DNA of 64,000 nucleotides, from the NCBI GenBank assembly GCA_049590215.1, contig JBAWCJ010000468.1, positions 2,633-66,632 on the forward strand, given 5' to 3'. The position numbers and the translations under genes are program-made. The stretch comes from Candidatus Sulfotelmatobacter sp. (GTDB lineage: Bacteria; Acidobacteriota; Terriglobia; Terriglobales; Acidobacteriaceae). Shown piece after piece: positions 7,870-16,114 of the stretch (positions are counted from its first letter, which is position 1; each line of letters begins with the position of its first letter). The notes below the pieces were generated by a model, which was not told the origin of the DNA, ran no database searches, and worked only from the letters and a program-made list of their open reading frames with translations.

Positions 7870-10821
7870 ATGAAGTTTCGGACGTGTTTCCGTTTAGCCC
7901 TGATCTTTTTCTCATTGTTATTGCCGCTGTGCGCGACGGTTGCCGCAGCGCAAACCGCCACCGCGCCGCCTGCCCAAACAGCGCCCGCCGCAACGCCGGC
8001 CGCCACCGGCACTCTGCGTGGACAGGTAACCGACCCCTCCGGCGCCGCCATCGCCAACGCCAACGTGGTCATGACACCGGCCGCCATTTCGTCCTCGCCC
8101 ATCCCCACGCAAGCCAACGGACAGGGCCTCTATGAATTCAAAGGACTGGCTGCAGGGCAGTACACGCTGACCGTCGTCGCTCCAGGATTCTCGGTTTACG
8201 AAAACGACAACGTAGTCATCACCACCGATCAGCCGCTGCGCCTCAACGTGACCATGGCCATCGAAGTCGAGCAGCAGAAAATTCAGGTCTCCGATACCGC
8301 ACCCACCGTCGATGTCAATCCCTCAAACAACGCCGGCGCAATCACCATCTCCGGCAAAGAGCTGGAGGCCCTGCCCGACGACCCCGACGAATTGCAAGCC
8401 GACCTCGAAGCCCTCGCCGGACCCTCCGCCGGCCCCAATGGTGGCCAGATGTATATCGACGGATTCACCGCTGGCCAGCTTCCTCCCAAAGAATCGATTC
8501 GTGAAATACGGATCAACCAGAATCCGTTCTCCTCCGAATACGACAAGCTTGGCTACGGTCGCATCGAAATCTTCACCAAGCCCGGCACCGACAAAGTTCA
8601 TGGCGAACTTTTCGCGGATGGCAACGACTCGCCCTTCAACGCGCCCAATCCTTTTGCTGGACCCGAGCCGCCTTATTATTCGAGTCAATTCAACGGCAGC
8701 ATCGGCGGCCCGCTCAGCAAGAACGCTTCGTTCTTCGTTAGTCTCCAGCGTCGCGACATCGACGAGCTAGCTGTCATCAACGCGGTCGATCCGGCCACCG
8801 GCAACCAGCTTGCGGAATCCCTCGGCAATCCGCGCCATCGCACCAACGGCGGCCCGCGCATCGATTGGGCGCCCACCAAAAACAATACAGTAACGGTGCG
8901 TTATCAATATTATCGCGATACCGAAACCGGCGATTTGACCAATCAGTTATATCTTCCAAACCAGGCCTACTACTCGAAGAGCATAGAGGACACCGTGCAG
9001 ATCAGCGACACACAGGTGTTCGGCACAAAAATCATCAACGAAACGCGCTTTCAGTACCTCCGCGATAACAACATCCAGAATCCGAATAGCACCTATCCGG
9101 CGGTAAGCGTGCTCGGCGACTTTGTGGACGGAGGCAACAGCGAGGGAACTCTCAACGACCTGCAGAACGCGTACGAGTTGCAGAACTATACTTCACTCAT
9201 TCATGGCAATCACACGATGAAGTTCGGCGCCCGCCTTCGCGACACCACGGACACGGATTATTCCACTTCGGCATTCAACGGCACGTTCAGTTTCGCTCCG
9301 CCTCCTCCCGGTGTAGCATTCGAAGACTCGGGTGAAACCCCGCTCCAGCTTACGATCACGACCGGTTCGCCGAGTGCCTCAGTCAATTACCTCGACATAG
9401 AACCTTACTTCCAGGACGATTGGCGCGTTCGTCCGAATATCACCCTCAGCCTCGGCCTTCGCTTCGAGGCGCAGAACAATATTCACGATCACGACGACTG
9501 GGCTCCGCGTCTGGGATTTGCCTGGGGGGTCAAGGGTCGCAGCAAGCCGCCGGTGGTCGTCATTCGCGGCGGCGCCGGTATCTTCTACGACCGCCTTCAG
9601 CTCACAAATATTCTGCAGGCTGAGCGCCTGAATGGCGTGACGCAGACCGCGTATGTGATTACCAGCCCAACCTGTTTCCCAGGGCTTGATACACCGCTCA
9701 CCGTCTCCAATCCTGTCAACGACTGCGGACCGAATACGAACGTCGTTTCCACCAAGTATCAGATCAGCCCCAATTTGCACGCGCCCGGCACGTTGCAATA
9801 CGCCGTCAGTGTCGAGCGTCAGGTGACCAAGTCGGCGACTCTCGCTGTGACATACTTGGGCTCTCGCGGCTTCGATCAATTCGTTACCGTCAACGCCGAC
9901 GCTCCTTATCCCGGCAGTCCTTGCTATTCCAGCGCCTTTCCCTCCAGCCTTCCACCTCCTGACCTGCCCGCCTGCGCGCCGGTGACGGGCAACGGCAACC
10001 TCTACCGTTACGTCTCCGAAGCCAACTTCAAGCAGAACCAGTTGATGGTCAATTCCAACGTCCGGATCGGCTCGAAGCTGCAGCTGTTCGGCTATTATTC
10101 GCTGAACTACGCCGATAGCGACACCGGCGGAGTCTCCACTTTCGCGTCCAATTCGTACGACATCAGCCAGGACTGGGGCCGTGGTTCTTTCGACATCCGC
10201 CATCGTCTGTTTCTCGGGGGAAGCATTGGCCTGCCGTTTCTGTTTCGCCTTAGTCCGTTCATGGTCGTCAGCTCCGGCTCTCCGTACAGCATCACAGCGC
10301 CCTACGATTTGAACGACGATTCACAATTGAACGATCGTCCCGGCTTGGTATCGACCACAACCTGTCCGACTGTTCAAAACACGCCAGATTCGTATATCTA
10401 CTGCACGCCTCTGGGTACGTTCGACGCTTCCAGAGCAACCGGCAAGCTTCTTCCCATTAATTCGCAGACGGGCCCGGGCCACTTCGTCATGAACCTGCGT
10501 CTTACCAAGACCGTAGGGTTCGGGCCAAAGCTCAAAGGAGAAACGGGTACGGCCGGAGGGGGCGGCGGTGCGCATCATCACGGAGGACCCCTCTTCGGCG
10601 GCGGCGGATCATTCACTTCGTCTTCCAATTCCGATCGTCGTTACAATCTTACGTTCGGTGTCAGCTTCAGGAATGTCTTCAACAATGTGAATGTCGCAAA
10701 TCCCGGCGGAGTTTTGGGCTCAAGGTTCTTCGGCGTTTCCAACGATATTACGGGATATCCGTATTCTCCCGGCACCACCGCGAATCGCCGCATCGATCTA
10801 ACGGCCCAGTTCAGTTTCTGA
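7870..10821 (+). CDS. TonB-dependent receptor-like outer-membrane protein with an N-terminal carboxypeptidase-regulatory-like domain
   Basis: Signal peptide. CarboxypepD_reg motif GTLRGQVTDPSGAAIANANVVMTP...GQYTLTVVAPGF. Long beta-barrel body ending in a terminal aromatic residue (...LTAQFSF). Confidence 0.85.
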   Translation: MKFRTCFRLALIFFSLLLPLCATVAAAQTATAPPAQTAPAATPAATGTLRGQVTDPSGAAIANANVVMTPAAISSSPIPTQANGQGLYEFKGLAAGQYTLTVVAPGFSVYENDNVVITTDQPLRLNVTMAIEVEQQKIQVSDTAPTVDVNPSNNAGAITISGKELEALPDDPDELQADLEALAGPSAGPNGGQMYIDGFTAGQLPPKESIREIRINQNPFSSEYDKLGYGRIEIFTKPGTDKVHGELFADGNDSPFNAPNPFAGPEPPYYSSQFNGSIGGPLSKNASFFVSLQRRDIDELAVINAVDPATGNQLAESLGNPRHRTNGGPRIDWAPTKNNTVTVRYQYYRDTETGDLTNQLYLPNQAYYSKSIEDTVQISDTQVFGTKIINETRFQYLRDNNIQNPNSTYPAVSVLGDFVDGGNSEGTLNDLQNAYELQNYTSLIHGNHTMKFGARLRDTTDTDYSTSAFNGTFSFAPPPPGVAFEDSGETPLQLTITTGSPSASVNYLDIEPYFQDDWRVRPNITLSLGLRFEAQNNIHDHDDWAPRLGFAWGVKGRSKPPVVVIRGGAGIFYDRLQLTNILQAERLNGVTQTAYVITSPTCFPGLDTPLTVSNPVNDCGPNTNVVSTKYQISPNLHAPGTLQYAVSVERQVTKSATLAVTYLGSRGFDQFVTVNADAPYPGSPCYSSAFPSSLPPPDLPACAPVTGNGNLYRYVSEANFKQNQLMVNSNVRIGSKLQLFGYYSLNYADSDTGGVSTFASNSYDISQDWGRGSFDIRHRLFLGGSIGLPFLFRLSPFMVVSSGSPYSITAPYDLNDDSQLNDRPGLVSTTTCPTVQNTPDSYIYCTPLGTFDASRATGKLLPINSQTGPGHFVMNLRLTKTVGFGPKLKGETGTAGGGGGAHHHGGPLFGGGGSFTSSSNSDRRYNLTFGVSFRNVFNNVNVANPGGVLGSRFFGVSNDITGYPYSPGTTANRRIDLTAQFSF

Positions 10822-10981
10822 TCGTTTTGGCTGCCCCACGAAGTAAGATGAGCCAGATCGAGCCGTCTTCTGCGAGAGCAAACACAAGAATTGCTTTGGC
10901 TGCCCCGCACTGACTCCTACATTCGGTTATTCTAGAAGTACATGTATGCATACCTTCAATGCCCAGTAGAGTGATTTTCGT

Positions 10982-11848
10982 TTGCCGTTGATTCCCACCA
11001 CAAGACGCCAGTTTCTTCAACGGGCCGCCGCCACAGGCGCAGTCGCTGTAATCGGAGACGGAATCCTTCTCGCTCCGAACTTTCCTCGCGTTGTGCGCCA
11101 GGAGTTTCGCCTAAAGCGCTGGCCTGAGCGGCTGAACGGCTTTACCGTCGCCGTGCTCAGCGATTTCCACTACGATCGGTATTTTTCGATCCATCCCCTG
11201 CGCGCTGCGATTGCCATGGTCAACGATCTTCATCCCGACCTGATCGCGCTCACGGGAGACTTTGTTTCTGTGCCCCTGATCGGCGACCCCGCGAAGGGCG
11301 CGCTCGCCGCCGAGCCCTGCGCGCGCCTCCTACGCCAGCTGACCGCTCCTCACGGCCTCTGGGCTGTCTTGGGAAACCACGATGACGGTACCGATCCCGA
11401 ACATGTAACCCGCGCTCTCCAGGCCCAGAACATCCAGGTGTTGGCCAACCAGTCGCAACCCATCGAGCAAGACGGCACGCGTTTCTGGCTGGCCGGTGTG
11501 AACGATGTAATGAGCGGAACCGCCGACCTGTCGAAGACCATGTACCACGTCCCCACCGGAGACGCGGTAATTCTGCTCGCCCATGAACCGGACTTCGCCG
11601 ATGAAGCGGCGAAATTTCCCATCGACCTGCAGCTTTCAGGTCACTCTCACGGCGGCCAGATCAGAATTCCGTTCCTCCCTCCGCTTTACTTGCCGGAGCT
11701 AGCGAAGAAATATGTTTGGGGCACCTACCATGTGGGTCCGATCACGCTTCATACCAGCGCCGGCCTAGGCACGATCGGAGTTCCCATGCGCCTGAACTGC
11801 CCTCCCGAAGTCACGCTGCTGACCCTGCGGCCTCCCGCGAAACAATGA
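10982..11848 (+). CDS. Tat-exported metallophosphoesterase (YkuE-like)
   Basis: Twin-arginine motif TRRQFLQRAAATGA. Metallophosphatase motifs DFHYD, GDFV, GNHD and GHSHGGQ. Non-ATG (TTG) start is assumed. Confidence 0.8.
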   Translation: MPLIPTTRRQFLQRAAATGAVAVIGDGILLAPNFPRVVRQEFRLKRWPERLNGFTVAVLSDFHYDRYFSIHPLRAAIAMVNDLHPDLIALTGDFVSVPLIGDPAKGALAAEPCARLLRQLTAPHGLWAVLGNHDDGTDPEHVTRALQAQNIQVLANQSQPIEQDGTRFWLAGVNDVMSGTADLSKTMYHVPTGDAVILLAHEPDFADEAAKFPIDLQLSGHSHGGQIRIPFLPPLYLPELAKKYVWGTYHVGPITLHTSAGLGTIGVPMRLNCPPEVTLLTLRPPAKQ

Positions 11849-12040
11849 GTCTTAGGAACGAAGAGAGATCGGCTTCGGCAATACATTCCACATGAGATAT
11901 GCAATCGCCTTCACACGAACACATCGAACTTCCCTGAATCGATTGACAACAATATACTTAGACCTCTCTCGATCTGGCACCAGACGTGCCGATGAAGGGG
12001 GTACGAGAAGTGCTTCTGTTCGATCTGGAAGGTTTCGCGT

Positions 12041-12481
12041 ATGCATCGCATCTGGCCATGGTTTTTGATCCTCGCAGTTCCCGCTTCCAGCGCGGCTTTG
12101 GTGCAGGTTCCACCTCCGCGTCTGAGTCAGGCAGTTCTAACCGAGCGCGAACATCAGGTTTTCAAGACTCCCGCTCGCGCTACCGAGTTCAGCAACGTTC
12201 CGCATTCGAGCGCGCGCTCGCGCTGCGAAGATACCCAACCGCCGGAAGCATTGACCACGCCCGATCCGCTGCTGGTTCCAGTCCAAGCGGGACTCAAAGT
12301 CAAAGTAAGCTTCATCATCGGTGCTGATGGCCGCGTGCGAAGTCCTCTGATTCTGCAGAGCGCGGGCCCGGTGGGCGATCGCAACGTGCTGCAAACTGTC
12401 CGAGCCTGGCGGTATCGTCCCGCAACCTGCAATGGCGTGCCCACGGAGGCGGAAGGGAAAATCGAATTTTCCCGCCGTTGA
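12041..12481 (+). CDS. periplasmic TonB C-terminal domain protein
   Basis: Signal peptide, then TonB_C-like VKVSFIIGADGRVRSPLILQSAGPVGDRNVLQTVRAWRYRPATCNGVP. Confidence 0.7.
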   Translation: MHRIWPWFLILAVPASSAALVQVPPPRLSQAVLTEREHQVFKTPARATEFSNVPHSSARSRCEDTQPPEALTTPDPLLVPVQAGLKVKVSFIIGADGRVRSPLILQSAGPVGDRNVLQTVRAWRYRPATCNGVPTEAEGKIEFSRR

Positions 12482-12516
12482 GATTCCCCCGCTTGAGCTG
12501 ATCCGCTTGAGCTAAA

Positions 12517-13614
12517 ATGGCCCCAAGCACGGCGGTCCGAATCGTGGAAAGAGATAAGAAACTAGCCCGGCCAACCAGTTCCGCGCCTGCGCCGGATTCC
12601 GAAGAAGCGATGCCGAGCATCGGCCCGCACAATCCCGCTCTGGGCGAGATTTATCAGCGTCTCTATCCGGAAATGCGGCGACCGAAACCCAATCAGGAAG
12701 CCATTGCCGCGGCTCTGCAAGCCATGCAGCGGCTCACCATGGAGTCCGATTCCGAAGCCGCCTCTGAAAACGCCGCTCTCGACACTACCTCGATCTCTCA
12801 CAATGCGTGCCATGCGTGCGGACATCACAATCGCGCGGGCAGCAAGTTCTGCGGCATGTGCGGCCTTCCCCTGGGAGCCGCGCCATCGCACTCGCCAGAT
12901 CCCACATCTTCGGTTCACGCCTTACCGGCTTTCGACCATGAGGACGTCCCGCAATTTCCACGAGCATCACGGGAAGCCGGTGACGAAGTTCATCCCCAGC
13001 CCGGGGCTCCCGCGGGCACCCATCACTACCACCACCACTACCATCATCACTATTTTCAGGGCGGCGCAGGGGCCGAGAGCGTCCCGCGTTCCAATGCATC
13101 CGAGAGCGCCCGCGAAGCCGATCGGATGAGAGTTGCCGCGGCCGCCAAGGGCGAACCCATGAGCCGCAGTGAGGCTGCGGTTCGCCGGCTCACGCAGGAA
13201 TGGGTTTTAGCCTGCAATACGCGGCAACTCGAAGAGCTGATGGAACTCTACGCGCCGGACGCGCTGGTGCTGCGTTCGAATCTTCCAGCGATCCGCGGCG
13301 CCGTGGCGGTTCGCGAGTTCTTCTTCGCCTCGCTCGAAGCCGGTCTGGGAGAAGTGGCCCTCGATCCCATGCGGGTCGAGGTTCTCGGCGATCTGGCTCA
13401 CGAAGTGGGACGTTACAGCGCACTGGTCCCGGGAACGGCGGGCAAGCGCCGCGAAGAGCGCGGCAAGTATCTCTGGGTTTTCGCCAAGCAGGCAAGCGGA
13501 GACTGGAAGCTGGTTTCGGAATGCTGGTCGAGCGACCTCACGCTTTCGGGCGCAGAGTCCGACATTCCCAAAGCTGCCGTTCCGTCCGCGAAGCCGCAGC
13601 CGCGGAAGGGCTAG
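12517..13614 (+). CDS. zinc-ribbon / His-Tyr-rich / DUF4440 (SnoaL-like) domain protein
   Basis: Zinc ribbon CHACGHHNRAGSKFCGMCG, HHYHHHYHHHY tract, and a C-terminal SnoaL/DUF4440-like segment (YAPDALVLRSNLPAIRGAVAVREFF...GDWKLVSECWS). Confidence 0.65.
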   Translation: MAPSTAVRIVERDKKLARPTSSAPAPDSEEAMPSIGPHNPALGEIYQRLYPEMRRPKPNQEAIAAALQAMQRLTMESDSEAASENAALDTTSISHNACHACGHHNRAGSKFCGMCGLPLGAAPSHSPDPTSSVHALPAFDHEDVPQFPRASREAGDEVHPQPGAPAGTHHYHHHYHHHYFQGGAGAESVPRSNASESAREADRMRVAAAAKGEPMSRSEAAVRRLTQEWVLACNTRQLEELMELYAPDALVLRSNLPAIRGAVAVREFFFASLEAGLGEVALDPMRVEVLGDLAHEVGRYSALVPGTAGKRREERGKYLWVFAKQASGDWKLVSECWSSDLTLSGAESDIPKAAVPSAKPQPRKG

Positions 13615-13617
13615 TGG

Positions 13618-14244
13618 TCAGTCTCCAGTGATCACTGCGTCCACTCCCAGCTTTCCCAACTCTTGGCGCAGCAGTTCCGGAGTCTGCATCTGGATTGTGT
13701 GCATGCCGAGCTTCGCGGCGCATTCCAGGTTCAACACGCGGTCGTCGATGAAACAGCACTCTTCCGGATTGAACTGCGTGATCTCAATCGCCAAACGATA
13801 AATGCCGCTCTCCGGCTTGCGCAATCCGACGAAGCAGGAGCTGACGAACAGCCGAAAGATTTCGCGCAAGCCGAACTTCTCGATGCGGTGCAGGTTCAAC
13901 TCGCGGGACTCGTTGTTGATCGTGCCCATAAAATATTTGCCGGAACCGGCGAGAGTGCGGGCGAAGGCGAGAACTTCCGGCACCGGCCGCGAAAGCGAGA
14001 ACATATAGTCGCGAAACTGCTCGCGAGTGAAGGGGCGATCGCGGTAAAACACAGTGCGATCCAGGTATTCGTCGAGCGTGATCTTGCCGCGCTCAAACGA
14101 CGAGACCACCATCTCGTGCCGCGAGGCAAAGTCTTTCTCGTCGAGATGGAAGCGTTCGAGCGCGGCCGCGCGCTCGGTGTGATCCCATGCGTTCGTGAGC
14201 AGCACTCCTCCAACATCCCAGAAGATGGCATGAATTTGCGGCAC
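13618..14244 (-). CDS. HAD-superfamily hydrolase (subfamily IA)
   Basis: Motif I variant FWDVGGVLL and motif IV FIDDRVLNLECAAKLGM. Confidence 0.8.
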   Translation of the reverse strand: MPQIHAIFWDVGGVLLTNAWDHTERAAALERFHLDEKDFASRHEMVVSSFERGKITLDEYLDRTVFYRDRPFTREQFRDYMFSLSRPVPEVLAFARTLAGSGKYFMGTINNESRELNLHRIEKFGLREIFRLFVSSCFVGLRKPESGIYRLAIEITQFNPEECCFIDDRVLNLECAAKLGMHTIQMQTPELLRQELGKLGVDAVITGD

Positions 14245-14290
14245 GATGAAGTCTCCTCCCTTTCAAAGAGTGTAGATCAATTTCCGTGCC

Positions 14291-14361
14291 GGGCTGAGAA
14301 GCAGATTCCTCGCTCGCTCTCTCCGCACGTTGCGCGTCTGCGAGCGGCTCGGAATGACAAA
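14291..14361. repeat. REP-like palindromic intergenic element, copy 1
   Basis: GGCTGAGAAG-CAGATTCC-[imperfect inverted repeat]-GGAATGACAAA. The same three blocks occur in the same order at 25101..25161. Confidence 0.6.
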
Positions 14362-14422
14362 GGTAGGAGCGAGGGACGTTCGCCTGTTGGCCCTGGAGCC
14401 AGGCTCAAGCTAAATTGCTCGA

Positions 14423-14466
14423 ATGTTCCAGTCGGAACATAGTGCGTAATGTTCCAACTGGAACAT
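14423..14466. promoter_or_regulatory. two tandem copies of the palindrome ATGTTCC-N4-GGAACAT (candidate operator pair)
   Basis: ATGTTCCagtcGGAACAT at 14423..14440 and ATGTTCCaactGGAACAT at 14449..14466. Centres are 26 bp apart. Lies in the intergenic region between the DUF3179 and HAD genes. Confidence 0.45.
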
Positions 14467-14694
14467 TCGACGGGGATCATTTTGAATTACTCTGAGCAAT
14501 TGTCATGAGTAATGGCTTAAGCTGCTATGGGTTGCGCGGGTGCCGAAATGCCGGCAAGATAGCTCCAAGCTTAGAAAAGAGGTCTCGAGCGGTTGGCGCG
14601 GCGTGGGAGGAGAGTTTTATCGGGCTAAGGCATGGTTTTCTAACGATTTAGCTGTAATAACGGTGAAACAAAGGAGTTAGCGGGCGGATTTGTC

Positions 14695-15978
14695 CTAGCG
14701 TTTGTAGACAGTGGTCTCGGGATGGTAGTTGCGCCAGTCAAACCAATAATCTTTCAGCGCCGGGACGCGGTCTAAACATTTTCCCTGCGCGGGCCCGGAA
14801 GTAGCGCAGCCTTGAAAGTTCCACTGGCTGGCGGTGGTGGCGTCGACTAACGTCCAAGCTTTTTTCCCGGCTGAGGTGTCGACAGTCTCATCGCCCTGCA
14901 GAAAGAATTCAGCGTCGCGGCCGTCGATGCGGCTGACGAAGACGCGGAAGGATTTGCCGTCGGGGCCTAGGACCAAGAGCAGCGGCGTGCCGTTGACGCG
15001 ATCGAGAACCGGAGACTGCTTGGCGAAAGCTTCCCAGGGATAGGCGCGGGCGACGCCGCCGACGGTGAGTCCGACGACTACATCGCGCGATTTAAGTTCA
15101 GTGCCGGGGAAGCTGATGACCACGGGCAGCTTGGCTACTTCCGGTTCCCAGTTGGGTTCGTACTCTTTCGCGTATCTGGCCACGGGTGCGAGCACCCGGC
15201 CACTGGGAGATTCGGTTCTCCACTCGCCGAAAGTTAGTTCGTCGCTGAGGACGAGCTCGAGCGTTGCGCCCTGAAGCGGGCCGTAGATTGCCTTGCCGGT
15301 GATCTGCTGCCACCAGGTTCCGGTTTCCTTATCGCGCATCAGGAAGTTCTGGTTGTTGATGCCGGCCAGATAAAAGTGCAGCACTCTTCCTTTTACCGTT
15401 CGCGTCCACACCAGACCGGTGTGACAGAGCGTTCAATAGGTGACGGCGATGGGCACGCCTCCGACGATGTCGTTGAGGACGTGATGGTAGGCCATCTGGC
15501 TGATGGGATAGGCGCGCGCGTCGCTGCCGAAGCGGACGGCCATGATCATCTCTTTGGGATCGAGCTTGCTTTCCGATTGAGCCAGGAATTGCGGGCCGGC
15601 GATGGGGTGGAACATCCACTCGAAATAGCTTTCACGCGCCATTACCGCGGAGAAGGTGACAAGCAGAAGAGTGAGCACGACCAGGGCTCGGCGCCAGGGG
15701 CCGGCGGTTCTCCACAGCGCGAAGGCGAGAACGAAACACGCGGCGCCTGCGGTCAGCGTGCCCAGAGGAGCGCGCTGGCGCAGAGCCATGGCAACCAAGA
15801 GTGCGCGCGGCGCCTGGTAGCGGAAGGGACGAATGATGAAGGCTGGAATCAAGAACAGGCCGACGGCCACGAAGGCGCAAAGGGAGAACAGAATCCACAT
15901 CCAGCGAGAGGAGTGGCGATTGTCTTGATCAGCAAGCTGGCCGCGGAACTCGTGCTCTGATAGTGAAGATGTGTTCAT
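14695..15978 (-). CDS. DUF3179-family membrane protein with one in-frame TGA (15435..15433): candidate selenoprotein (UxxC), alternatively a pseudogene or sequencing error
   Basis: ORFs 15433..15978 and 14695..15411 share a frame and are split only by TGA. The junction reads ...GGVPIAVTY-TGA-TLCHTGLVWTRTVKGRVLHFYLAGINNQNFLMRDKETGTWWQQ, a DUF3179-like core. The N-terminal part has 3-4 TM helices. Confidence 0.6.
15407..15423 (-). promoter_or_regulatory. SECIS-like hairpin 9 nt downstream of the in-frame UGA
   Basis: RNA reads CACACC-GGUCU-GGUGUG: a perfect 6-bp stem whose loop contains GGUC, as in the E. coli fdhF SECIS apical loop. Confidence 0.45.
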
Positions 15979-16050
15979 CGATTAATCGGGTTTAAGATTA
16001 CAACGATTTTAATCCGCGAATGATACGAGAAGGAGCGAAGGCGGCGGAAT

Positions 16051-16096
16051 AGTACAAAAAGAGCACCCCCGGTCCGTTGAATCGGACCGGGGTGCT
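16051..16096 (-). terminator. intrinsic terminator after the pilX-like gene
   Basis: On the minus strand: AGCACCCCGGTCCG-attcaa-CGGACCGGGGGTGCT (14-15 bp GC-rich stem), followed by CUUUUUGU. Confidence 0.7.
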
Positions 16097-16114
16097 GGTT
16101 GGCGGTTTGTGAGC

